From the NCBI GenBank assembly GCA_963422375.2, contig OY729428.2, forward strand, positions 2,304,001 through 2,368,000: 64,000 nt of DNA, given 5' to 3'. Below, piece after piece: positions 51,353-61,681 of the stretch. The DNA comes from Bryobacterales bacterium (GTDB lineage Bacteria > Acidobacteriota > Terriglobia > Bryobacterales > UBA6623). The stretch's first letter is position 1. Each line of letters begins with the position of its first letter. Made by a program: the position numbers and the translations under genes. Under the pieces are notes generated by a model. That model ran no database searches. It was not told where the DNA came from and saw nothing but the letters and a program-made list of their open reading frames with translations.

Positions 51353-51976
51353 GGCAGGTCGTCCAATTCTGGCTAAGGCCTAGCCTCGCGGGAGTGACCG
51401 TACGGCCGTCACCCGGCGCAGGCGAGTTGGCTGAGTAAGTCTAGCACGCGGCTAGCGGTCTCCTCCTCCCCGCTGACGGCGAGGTCACGGCGGGACGGTC
51501 TCGCCCAGCTGGGGCACCAGGCGCCGTGGAAGTCGATTCGGTCTGGAGCCGGGGCGGTGCCTGTTCGCAGGACGGATTGAGACGATCAGCGTGCCCGTCG
51601 GGCACTTATTCTTCGGCGTGTCCGGCTCATCGCCGCCGACGGGACCGCCGGGATCGTCCGCGGGGCATCCCAAGAACCGGCCCCCAGGTGCCGGGGGTTC
51701 GGCGATGGCAGAACTTCGAGCCCCCTAGAGTGGTCTCGGACCAAGCGTGGCTGGTGTTCGGGCAGACATGTCTACTGGGCCCGATTTCTCCATCAAAGCC
51801 CGCAACCTTCGCTGCCCGGGCACCGAGAGACCGTGGTATGCAGCAACGAACTCGAGAGACAGGTCAACTTCACCCTAGCGAGCAGTTCATTGTCTTAGGG
51901 CAGTCGCCTCGCCTTGGGCCGTGCCCTCGCCGCTTGCCGCTGCGAGCCATCTCTCAGAATTCCAGGGCCGGCCAGC

Positions 51977-52495
51977 CTAGCGTGAACGCACGGTGCCGAA
52001 GCGAGAGGCGAACTCGTCCCACGCGACACGGTACTCCTCCTCTCGGTCGCAGCGATCAAACGGGGCGCGGTACTCGATCACGCGCTCGACCGGGCTGCCG
52101 GACTGCGTGTCGTCAAGAATCTTGCGCGTGACGACTCCCTCCTTGAGGTCTCGGATGTCCTCCCATCCGAGCGATAGACCCGATTCGGACCGATCCGGCG
52201 CGACCAGTCCGTAGCACGTGTCCTGTTTGTTCGGCTTGCGCGGCAGGCCCACCCCGGGTAGGCCCTTGGACGAAGTGAACACGATTCGTCCGTTCGCGTC
52301 GTACCAAGTGTCTACCTCGTAGCCGCGCATCACCGGGAACAGAACTCGGTAGACGACAAGCAGCTCGTCGAGTCCGAGTCCGAGAGCCATCGAGGCCAGC
52401 ACGTCGATCTCGACCAACGCCTGCCGCCGGGCGTAGTCGGACCGGAGAGCGCATGCGCGATGCCAAGAAGGTCCGAGGGACGAAAAGTAGCCATT
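51977..52495 (-). pseudogene. C-terminal fragment of a large type II RM / N6 DNA methyltransferase
   Basis: [61 protein letters not shown]-terminus missing. Confidence 0.75.
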
Positions 52496-52875
52496 CGAAA
52501 GAGTCCTGTCGCATCCGGCTCCTTTTCCGACTCTCGGTGGGAAATGCACTCCTCGCACGCTCCACGGTGTCGATGGCGGATATGGCACGGTAATCGATTC
52601 AGCCAAGCCACTCGCATTTGCACTATCGAGTGATGGCACTTCGCTGACGTTACAGGCCTGCTTCCCATCTGGGTCCGCGGAAAGGCAGCATCTCGCGTAA
52701 ACTGCATGAAGGAATCCTAGAAGTATGGCCCGCCGAGTATTCTTTAGCTTCGCCCATTCAACTCCGAAGTGCGACACGCGCCGAGCCACAAGATGGCAGG
52801 GAGGGGAGAGGGGGGGCAGCGAGCGGTGGTGTGGCGGCAGTAGGCTGGTAGGTGCTGGAAGGAGCAGGGAGGCGG

Positions 52876-53919
52876 ATGCGGAAGAGCTACACGCACGTGA
52901 CGCAGGAGGAGCGCTGCCGGAGCGAGACGCTGCGGGCGGCGGGCTGGGCGGGCTGGGGAGCGGACAGGATCGCCGGGCAGCCGGGCCGCAAGCGGGCCAC
53001 GATCTACCGGGAAGTGGGCCGCAACGGCCGACCGGCGGAGGGCGAGCGCGCGGCGAGCTACAGCTTGGGGAGCGCGCGGGAGCGCGCGGAGCGGCGGCGG
53101 CGCGCGGCGTCGTGCCGGCCGCGCCAGCTGACGTCGGCGCTGCGGGCGCGGAGCGAGGACTGCCTGCGGCAGGACTGGAGCCCGGAGCAGGAGCCCGGAG
53201 CAGGAGCCCGGAGCAGGAGCCCGGAGCAGGTCGCGGCGCGGCTGCAGCGGGAAGGGGCGCTGGAGATCAGCCCTGAACGGATCTACCAGCTGGTGCGCGC
53301 GGACCGGCGGCAGGGGGGCCGGCTGTACCGGCACCCGAGGCAGGGCGGCCGCAAGCGCGTCCGGCGGGTCGGCCGGACGGCGGGCCGCGGCCTGATCCCG
53401 GGGCGCGCGGACATCGCGGAGCGCCCGGCGGAGGCGCGAGCGCAGGCGCGCGTCGGCGACCGGGAGGCCGACACCGTGATCGGCGGGCAGCGCCGCGGGG
53501 CGCCGGTGACGCTGGTGGACCGGTTCTCTAAGTACCTGCTAGTGCAGCCGGTTAGCCGGCGCACGGCGCGGCTGGTCGGGGCGGCGATGACGGCCATGCT
53601 CGCAGGCAGCGGGGCCGTGACGCGCACGATCACGGCCGACAACGGCAAGGAGTTCGCGGGGCGCCGGGAGGTGGCGCAGCGGCTGGGGGCGGGCTTCTAC
53701 TGCGCGCGGCTCTGCCACTCCTGGGAGCGCGGGCTGAACGAGCATGCCAACGGGCTGCCGCGGCAGTACTGCCCGCAGGGGACGGACCTGCGGCGGGTGG
53801 ACCCGGCCCGGGTGCGGCAGGCGCGGGACCGCCTGAACCGGCGTCCGCGGAAGGTGCCGGGCGGGCGCACGCCGGAGGAAGTCTTCCCGGCGGAGCGCGA
53901 GCGGGTGCCGCGGGGCTGA
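52876..53919 (+). CDS. IS30 transposase, degenerate
   Basis: Y.H.T.EER, TIYREV.RN, WSPEQ, GD(R)[34 protein letters not shown]. Confidence 0.92.
   Translation: MRKSYTHVTQEERCRSETLRAAGWAGWGADRIAGQPGRKRATIYREVGRNGRPAEGERAASYSLGSARERAERRRRAASCRPRQLTSALRARSEDCLRQDWSPEQEPGAGARSRSPEQVAARLQREGALEISPERIYQLVRADRRQGGRLYRHPRQGGRKRVRRVGRTAGRGLIPGRADIAERPAEARAQARVGDREADTVIGGQRRGAPVTLVDRFSKYLLVQPVSRRTARLVGAAMTAMLAGSGAVTRTITADNGKEFAGRREVAQRLGAGFYCARLCHSWERGLNEHANGLPRQYCPQGTDLRRVDPARVRQARDRLNRRPRKVPGGRTPEEVFPAERERVPRG
53177..53230 (+). repeat. 13-bp tandem repeat (GGAGCCCGGAGCA) x4
   Basis: Directly visible, duplicates the WSPEQ-coding sequence. Confidence 0.95.
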
Positions 53920-54726
53920 GGCAGGGCTGGCAGCCCGCCGCCCCGGACAGGGGCGCGGGGGAGCTGCGCCCGGACAGGCGCGGATTCGACCCTCCGGGCC
54001 TTGCTGCGGTCGCTCCGCTCCCTGCGCAAGGCCCGGAAGGTCCCCGTTCCGGAAACGGGGCACGCATGCCCGCCTGCCCGGGACGCGGCCCCCCGCTGCG
54101 GCCCGGCAGCGGCTTGTCCGGCGCCGCTGGATCTGCTACTGTGGTCCTAGTATCCCAGCCCACCGCCCCTTACCCGCGTGTCGCACTTCGGAGTTGAATG
54201 GGCGCTTTGATTACGTACGGGACGTTTCTCGTGCTATGATCGTGCGGAATAGCTGGGTGACACAGGGTCGAGAGGATGTGGGTTTTGTCGATGCAGCTGA
54301 GATCCAGAACGTGGAGAAGTCTGGCAGCCGTGCGATCCGCCATTGGATCAATGAGCAAATGATGGGAACATCCGTCACTGTAGTCTTGGTGGGATCGCAT
54401 ACATGTCGCAGCCGTTGGGTCCGGTATGAAATCGAGTTGAGCGAAGAGCGATGTAATGGCTTGCTCGGAATCGACATTAGCAAAATCAAGGATTTTGCCG
54501 GGAATACGAGCTCCTGTTGTCGCATGATGCCAATCGGCCATCCGTTCTACCGATGGAATCGTGATCACGGGTACCAGAGTCTCGGAAAGTAGATTGAATG
54601 GGCAGCACGGTCAGTCGGGCGCTAGGGACTTCAGGTCAAGTGCCAGATCATCTTGATTCGGAATCGCGAAGCATTGCAGTGTTCGCGACACCTGACAGAG
54701 GGGAGAGACGCGACATATATGACGAC

Positions 54727-56737
54727 ATGATCATTGATCAATCCGAGTTTGAAGAGGAAGAATTGGCCGTGCATCCACGGTACTCAATTACGACTTATGG
54801 AGTGGATTTATCCGTAGATAGTGTGGCACGGCGCCTAGCGAGAGGAGACATTGTCCTGCCGATTTTCCAGCGGGGCTTCGTATGGAGCCTCACACAGGCA
54901 TCAAGATTTGTCGAATCCTTGTTGCTAGGACTTCCCGTACCGGGAGTCTTCTTGTGCAATCAACCTGCAACTCAAAGACTGATGATTGTCGACGGAAATC
55001 AGCGGCTTCAGACGATATCAAGTTTCTATATCGGAAAGAATCCGTAATCAGCCGTTGGCATTGGCTAGCGTGGAATTGTCACTACAAGGATTGACATATC
55101 AGACCTTGGATGAGGATGATTGACGTGCCCTAGATCGTTCGTTTCTGCACACAACCGTGTTTCATCAGGAACAAACAACAAGTGATAAGAGTAGAATTTT
55201 TCAAGTGTTTGAGCGCCTAAATATGACTGAAATTCCGCTTTCCACGCAAGAAATTCGAGCATGTCTATACCGAGGGTCTGTCAACGATCTTCTAAAATAT
55301 TCCTGATTACCAACGAACGTCAGCCGAGGATATGCTATACTGAAGGAGGTCGGAAATCCCTGATAGGAAAGGGGATAGCAGCTGAAACGCAATCGCGTGC
55401 AATGCCAGAAGGGACTCAGCCCGGGCAAGTTCCTGCAGCGCTACGGCAGCGAGGGGCCATGCGAGCAGGCCGTCTTCAAGGCCCGCTGGCCGGACGGCTT
55501 CCGCTGCCCGGAGTGCGGCTCCCGGCGGCACTGCCGCATCCGCTCCCGCAAGCTCCGGCAGTGCCATGCCTGCCACCGCCAGACCTCCCTGGTCGCCGGC
55601 ACGATCTTCGCCGCCACCAAGCTGCCGCTGACCGTCCGGTTCCTGGCTATGCACCTGCTGACGCAGGGCCAGCACGGCGTTTCGTCGCTGGAACTGGCGC
55701 GGCAGCCGGGCGTGAGCCGGAACACGGCTTGGAAGATGAAGCACAAGCTCTTGCAAGTGATGAAGGAGCGCGACGAGCGCCTGCCGCCGGGCGGCATCGT
55801 GCAGGTGGACGACGCCTGCTGGGGCCTGCTGGGGCGGGGAGCGGAGCGGCGGCAAGCGCGGGCGCGGCGGGCAAGACGCCGTTCGTCGCCGCCGTGCAGG
55901 TCACCGCCGACGGCAAGCCGGCAAGGATGCGCATGAGCAGCGTGGCCAGCGTGGCGGGCTTCCGCAAGAAGACGCTGGCAGCGTGGGCCGGGCGGCACTT
56001 GCAGCCCGGCACGGAGGTGCATTCCGACGGCCCGGCCTGCTTGCAGGGCGTGGCCGGCGCCGGCTGCGAGCACGTGCCGACCGTCACCGCAGGCGGGCAG
56101 CGGAGCTGCGGGGATTCCCGCTTCGTCCGGGTCAACGTCCGGGTCAACACGATGCTGGCGCACGTCAAGCGGTCCCTGGCGGGAACCTGCCATGCGCTCG
56201 ACGGCAAGCACCTGCCGCGCTACCTCGCCGAGTTCCGCTACCGCTGCAACCGCCGCTACGACCTGCAGGCGCTGGTCCCCCGCCTGCTCCACGCCTCCGT
56301 GCGCACCCCGCCCAGGCCTTACCGCCTCCTAACCTTGGCTGAGTCTTGTGGGTAATCAGGTAAAAGAATACTCTAGACCTCTTCGACACTTCTTGAACTG
56401 GTATATGGAATCGAACGCCAACGCAAGCGGAGAATGAGTAGAAGAGCATCGCATGAAGTTTTATCATGCTGTAGAAATCGCTTCTCGTTACTTGAGGAGG
56501 GATGGGTTTTGTCAAGGTTCAAGGTTGAATTCTGCGATCACTGATGCAATGTTAGTGGGCCTGATGTGTCGTATCGATCATGGGAGCATCAAGCATCCAA
56601 GTCGACTGCGAGGTGTTGCCATTGATCTTCGAGACTCCTCAGAATTTGCTAGCGTAGTCCATCGTAACACAACAAATATCAACTCTGTTCAGAGTAGGAT
56701 TCAGCAAGCTTGCGAAGCCTTCTGGAGGGTTGCATGA
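54727..56737 (+). pseudogene. DUF262 (GmrS/ParB-like) protein, frameshifted and split by IS1595
   Basis: PIFQRGFVWS, FVESLLLGLPVP, IVDGNQRL, downstream VFERLN and LSTQEIR, C-terminal piece 56453-56737. Confidence 0.85.
55302..56360 (+). mobile_element. IS1595-family element, type B, copy C (pseudogenised, no TSD)
   Basis: Same ends as copies A and B. Start ATG->CTG, frameshift near 55830, flanks AAAATATT vs TAAAAGAA. Confidence 0.95.
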
Positions 56738-57170
56738 ATCCAAGCAGGGAGCCGCAGGGAATCTTGGCAGAAGTCAGAAGAGTAGTGGCAGAGCTGCTCG
56801 GTCCGTCCCGGCCGCTGGCGTTGCCAAGAAGGCCCTCCCGCTCGAACTCCCCCTGCCCTCCTCGCCCCCCCGGCCCAGCCGGTGCGACAGCCCAGTTGAC
56901 GGCCGCTCGAGACGCCAAGGCGTCCTCGGATGTGGGAAGCTCGCATTGGCGGCAGCTGCGGCGCTGGGCGTATCTGACTCTGCCGAGGCGTGGGGGGAGG
57001 AGCCTGCCGGCTGGCCGTCCGCCGAACGGACTGTCCCGTCACCGCCACGCCCCGTCATGGGGGCTGCTGGTGCGTCATCCTCAGCGAATCCAGCCTGTCT
57101 GCAATCGGCGGCGGAGCGGCTGACAAACTGTGGGCCCGGCCATCACGGTCGGTACAATGGAAGCGGGACG

Positions 57171-57962
57171 ATGCCGGAAGAGCTGCTATTCGAGAAGCGC
57201 GGGCGCGTAGCGGTGCTGACCTTCAACCGGCCCGAGAGGAACAACGCCCTGACGCCCGCCATGCGCGAACACTACTTCGATCTGCTGGATCGATGCAGGG
57301 ACGACCGGAATGTCCGCGCTATCGTGCTGACCGGCGCTGGCAAGTCGTTCAGCGTGGGTGCCGACGTCGAGTCCCTCAAGACCTCCGGCGAGCACACGAT
57401 CAACAGGATTCGCCAAGCTGGCCGCCCCGTTCATTACTCGCTCTCGATCCCGAAGCCGATCATTTGTGCGATCAACGGCGGCTGCGCCGGCGTCTCGCTA
57501 GTTCACGCGCTTTGCTGCGACGTCCGCTTCGCGGCGGCGGGAGCCAAGCTCACCACCGCCTTCGCCCGTCGCGGCCTGATCGCGGAGTACGGTATCTCGT
57601 GGCTGCTGCCCCGGCTGGTAGGCCAGGCCAGGGCGCTGGACTTGCTCCTCTCGGCGCGGGTCGTGACCGCTGAGGAGGCCGAGAGAATCGGCTTGGTCAA
57701 CGCCGTCTTCCCGCGCGACGGATTGCTTGACGCTGCGCTTGCATACGCGGCGGACTTGGCTGCCAATTGCTCTCCGGCCTCGATGGCGACGATCAAGCGC
57801 CAAGTGTACGCCGACTACGACCGCTCTGTGGACGATGCGGCTACGGCCGCCCTCGAGGAGATGGTTGACTCCCTGCGCCGACCGGACGTGCGGGAAGGAG
57901 CGTCGAGCTTCATCGAGCGGCGCCAGGCGGAGTTCCCGCCGTATGGCGGCAACGCCGAATAG
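57171..57962 (+). CDS. Enoyl-CoA hydratase/isomerase family protein
   Basis: NRPERNNAL, LTGAGKSFSVGAD, KPIICAING, AEEAERIGLVN. Confidence 0.95.
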   Translation: MPEELLFEKRGRVAVLTFNRPERNNALTPAMREHYFDLLDRCRDDRNVRAIVLTGAGKSFSVGADVESLKTSGEHTINRIRQAGRPVHYSLSIPKPIICAINGGCAGVSLVHALCCDVRFAAAGAKLTTAFARRGLIAEYGISWLLPRLVGQARALDLLLSARVVTAEEAERIGLVNAVFPRDGLLDAALAYAADLAANCSPASMATIKRQVYADYDRSVDDAATAALEEMVDSLRRPDVREGASSFIERRQAEFPPYGGNAE

Positions 57963-58048
57963 CGATCGGGACCGGGCGGTCGACCGGTGTTCTGCATGCC
58001 GAGCACCGAACGGCTCCGCGACACAGCGCGGAATCCAGGAGTTGACCC

Positions 58049-58822
58049 GTGAAGGCGTCCGCCTATCCCAGTGACCGGCCGGTCCACCGCCGGACCGACG
58101 AGGTCGGGCGCGAGTTCGACGAATGGGTGCGGACTGGCAAGGCAGACGGGATGGAGCGTCGTCACAGGCGGCTGGCGGAGCTCATGCTCCAGCGCGTCGA
58201 ACTCTCCGCCGACTCCCGGGTACTTGACATCGGCTGCGGCGATGGCTGGACCGCCCGGATGCTCGCAGACCGCACCCAAGGTGGGGCGCTCGTCGGCATC
58301 GATGTCTCAGCCGAGATGGTCCGAACGGCGAGGCGCCGGTGCGAGAGCATCGATCACGCGCTGTTCGCCCCGGCACCGGCCGAAGAGGTCCCATGGGCCG
58401 AGGACTACTTCACACATATTCTGAGCATCGAGTCCGCATATTACTGGATTGACTTAGCTTCTGCCGTACGCGAGATGTATCGCGTGGCGGCGTACGGCGG
58501 ATCGTTCCATGTTCTCATCAACTACTACGAGGAGAACCCGTACTCGGAAGGCTGGGACAGCGAGACTGGCCTTCCCATGCATCGGCTCTCTGCGGACCAA
58601 TGGTCGGAAGTGTTTCGCGTGCAGGGCTTCTCGGACGTCGAAACGGATCGGATTCCGGACGACAGTCCGGTCTCTCCCTTCAAGCGTCCAGCGGAGCGAA
58701 AGCGGCGCATCGGCCTCCAGAGGACCGGCGCATTGTACGTCACCGGGCGAAAGGCTGACCTGCCGCAAGCATCGAACGCCCTGCGCCGACCGAGTCCGAA
58801 TCCCTTCCGGATCCTTGGCTAG
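58049..58822 (+). CDS. Class I SAM-dependent methyltransferase
   Basis: VLDIGCGDGW, VGIDVSAEM, SIESAYYW. Confidence 0.92.
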   Translation: MKASAYPSDRPVHRRTDEVGREFDEWVRTGKADGMERRHRRLAELMLQRVELSADSRVLDIGCGDGWTARMLADRTQGGALVGIDVSAEMVRTARRRCESIDHALFAPAPAEEVPWAEDYFTHILSIESAYYWIDLASAVREMYRVAAYGGSFHVLINYYEENPYSEGWDSETGLPMHRLSADQWSEVFRVQGFSDVETDRIPDDSPVSPFKRPAERKRRIGLQRTGALYVTGRKADLPQASNALRRPSPNPFRILG

Positions 58823-59159
58823 TGCGAGCGACGCCACGCATCAAGACCAGACGCCGCAGCCGCGTAGCCTCGAGCTTCTGCCTTCGGAGGACTTCCGGCG
58901 GTACACCCTCCGTCAAGCCAAGAGATATGGCGCATCAACGCTACCTACCGCGCTACAGTTTCCTAGCCAGCAGCGCCGGACCGATTCCCGCCCAGTCCTA
59001 AGGGTGTTACGTCGCAACTTGGGACGTCGGTGTTTGGTTGCCCACCCCGCGCCTGCATCGCGCGTTCGAGACTTGAGTCCTGCACCATCCGAGGCGAGCG
59101 ATCAGGGCTCCCTCGGCAAGCACGTGCCTGCATTCAATGCTCCGTGCTATAAGGGACCC

Positions 59160-60119
59160 ATGAGCGGACACCCGAGCGAGGAGTACAAGTTGGAGCGCAG
59201 CTTTCCGCTTGGCTTCAACGAGACATCGCCGATTCCCGTCCAGAGCCGTTCTACATCCCCGGCCGACCGGGACGACGAGGCATCAAGAAAGGCAGAGCGA
59301 AAGCTAATGGAACAGTCGCCCGTACCGTACGCAGTCCTTCGGCATCCCCTCGGGTGGCCAATCGCCTCGTAGCCGGGCAGTCCGGGCGCGGAACTCGAAG
59401 CCGGCCGCAACTCGCGTGACGAAGCGCCTCCGGAACTTACGAATAGCATAGGGATGGAATTCGTGCTCGTGCCGGCAGGGAGGTTCCGCATGGGCTCGCC
59501 GGAATCCGAAGAAGGTCGGTTCGGAGACGAGGGCCTCGTACGCGACGTGACGATCAGCGAGCCCTTCTACCTAGCCAAGACTGGTGTAACGGTGAGGCAG
59601 TGGAAGGAATTGATGCAAGTGGACCCGTCAGAATCTGGCGCAAGCGGGGACGACTGCCCGGTGGGCGGTGTCTCTTGCTATCGCGTGAACCAGTTCATCT
59701 GGAAGCTGAATAAAGGAGAAGGTAGCGAGAGATACCGCTTGCCGACGGAAGCCGAATGGGAGTACGCAGCCCGCGCGGGGACAGAGGATGCACGTTACTC
59801 TCCCACGCTCGGGCAAATCGCTTGGTACAACGGTAACGGCGGTACTGGAAGGCAACCGGTCGGGCGCAAGACGCCCAACGCCATGGGGCTCTACGACATG
59901 CTAGGCAACGTGTTGGAGTGGGTGTCGGACTGGTATGGACCTTATTCGCTGAATGCATTGATGGATCCGCCAGGTCCCTCGACTGGCCCCAGCCGGGTGG
60001 CCCGCGGCGGAAGCTATGACAACGGTCCGCCGGGCTGCCGGTCCGCCAGCCGCTTCAAGTACGGACCCGGCAGCAGGTACGACAACTTAGGCTTCCGCTT
60101 GGCGAGGACGGTGGGATAA
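59160..60119 (+). CDS. FGE-sulfatase (SUMF1/CLec-fold) domain protein, domain 59454-60119 preceded by an in-frame TAG at 59370
   Basis: TNSIGMEFVLVPAG.F.MGS, YRLPTEAEWEYAARAG, GLYDMLGNV.EW, RGGS, GFRLAR. Confidence 0.85.
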
Positions 60120-60649
60120 CGGCTTGGGTCGGCACGAACGGTGGCTTGATGGCTGCGCAGACGCGGCTATCGCCCGCGAAGCCGGTTCGGTGAGCCGGAT
60201 TCGTCTCGTCGCGTTACCGGAACGGGCCAGTCGCAAGAGGGCTCGCTGACCTACTACCCTCGTGCGTCGCAACGTGGCGTCGAGCCTGTCGACCGGAGCC
60301 GAGTGACCCGTCTTGCCGACGGACATGAAGGCTATTGCCGATGCGATCTTGCACGGCACTCTTCGACTTGGTCCCGGAAGTGGCTGACATACACGGTCCC
60401 GTCGCGGCAGCCGCAAGAAGCCGATTCGACAGGACGGCCAGCACGATTCAGAGCAACGCTGTCCAAGAAACGGCGACACGGCTATCGCATCACCATATCA
60501 ATCCGGACTTCGCGGGCTCACGGGCATAGCGTTCGGCACGCTTGACGCCAGGGAAAACCTAGTCTGGATTGTCTATCAACGGGAAGGAATCATCTAGGGG
60601 GAGTAGCCTATGTGGTCCGGGCTAGGGATGGCGTCTCTATTGATCAACA

Positions 60650-61681
60650 CTATTGGTGCCGACAATGCAGATAGAGGACTGCACCGATCTCAGTTCCGTT
60701 CGCGAACACAACGCTCTCATTCTGTCCGCTGGCAATCTCAGAAACTGTGTGCGTAGAGTAATCGACGCGATTATTCACACGTGTTTCCCCATTGTTATAG
60801 GAGAACATCTCCACTTTGCAGCCGAGACCAAGCTGATTCTCAATATTGATCGCGAGAGTCTTGTCGCCGAATAATTCCGGTAAGACGGTCTGAATCCACT
60901 CGATAGACTCCGGAATACTAGTGTAGATGGATGCGAGGGACCCGCTATTTCGAATCGAGATCGCACTGTTGATTTCCGAATAGGCCAAAATCCCTACCTG
61001 CTCCCACCGTCCGGAAACACGCACCAAGAGGGGTCCACCGCTGTCTCCGGTGGCCGATCGCATGAAAAACGATCCCGCGGTGCAGATTGATTTCTCGTCG
61101 GCCGCTCCTTTGTCCACGACGTCTTGCGGGCAATCGTAGATCGGCCACTCCACCTTCCGCGGCGCGGACGGAGTGCTTCCGTCTCCCAGTTCACCCCAGC
61201 CAACCGCGGTTGCCATCGTGCCGGGCATCGCATGCATTCGCTGTGATTCCAACAAGAGTAACGGAACATACGCTACCCCTGGCCCTCGAGCGGGAGAGGC
61301 GAGCCTCAAGAGGGCTATGTCGTTGCGCTGGCCGCTCTCGGTTCGCGAATAGTTGGGGTGGATTATGATTTTCCCGACTCTCGCCGTGGACTCGCCAACG
61401 CTGATCGCGTGCGAAACGGTCAGCGTTTGGATGGGAAGCGGTTCGATCACGTTGGAGAAGGTTACGCAGTGCGCAGCAGTGAGGACCCACAGGTGGTCGA
61501 TCAGAGTTCCCGTGCATCTGCCGGCCAAGGTGTTGACTCGTACGAGGAACGGGAACTCCTTCGTCGACGTCACTTGGCCCCCGGCGATGTGCCGTGATTC
61601 TAGGTCCTGCGATTCCGCGATGATGGCTGTCGGCGCTGTCATCAAGGCCAGGGAAAGAAGTAGCGGTTTCATCTGAAACAT
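60650..61681 (-). CDS. Secreted trypsin-like (S1) serine protease with C-terminal extension
   Basis: IAGG, VLTAAHC, NDIALL, GWG, GDSGGPL. Confidence 0.93.
   Translation of the reverse strand: MFQMKPLLLSLALMTAPTAIIAESQDLESRHIAGGQVTSTKEFPFLVRVNTLAGRCTGTLIDHLWVLTAAHCVTFSNVIEPLPIQTLTVSHAISVGESTARVGKIIIHPNYSRTESGQRNDIALLRLASPARGPGVAYVPLLLLESQRMHAMPGTMATAVGWGELGDGSTPSAPRKVEWPIYDCPQDVVDKGAADEKSICTAGSFFMRSATGDSGGPLLVRVSGRWEQVGILAYSEINSAISIRNSGSLASIYTSIPESIEWIQTVLPELFGDKTLAINIENQLGLGCKVEMFSYNNGETRVNNRVDYSTHTVSEIASGQNESVVFANGTEIGAVLYLHCRHQ

Larger units (their letters stand above)
52751..54204 (+). mobile_element. IS30-family element
   Basis: TIRs CGCCCATTCAACTCCGAAGTGCGACAC / GTGTCGCACTTCGGAGTTGAATGGGCG, 3-bp TSD CTT. 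Confidence 0.97.
52725..54625 (+). pseudogene. Thoeris ThsB-like TIR protein (DUF1863), split by IS30, with nonsense codon at 54590
   Basis: Reconstructs to [29 protein letters not shown]...TSVTVVLVG..T..SRWVRYEI..S. Confidence 0.9.

Noticed and set aside
53177..53230. CRISPR-like repeat
   Set aside because: Contiguous 13-bp units with no spacers and no cas genes in the window.
56730..57170. N-terminal extension on the enoyl-CoA hydratase (also on msrP, galM, mtaB, sulfatase ORFs)
   Set aside because: Low-complexity open frame upstream of clear family starts, an ORF-caller artefact.
59370..59372. Amber read-through (pyrrolysine or recoding) at in-frame TAGs here and at 54590
   Set aside because: TAG ends many intact genes in the window, no pyl genes are seen, and the TIR is already IS-disrupted. 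Nonsense mutation is simpler.
59454..60119. Formylglycine-generating enzyme maturing the local sulfatases
   Set aside because: Lacks the two-Cys catalytic motif of true FGE, so only the fold is shared.
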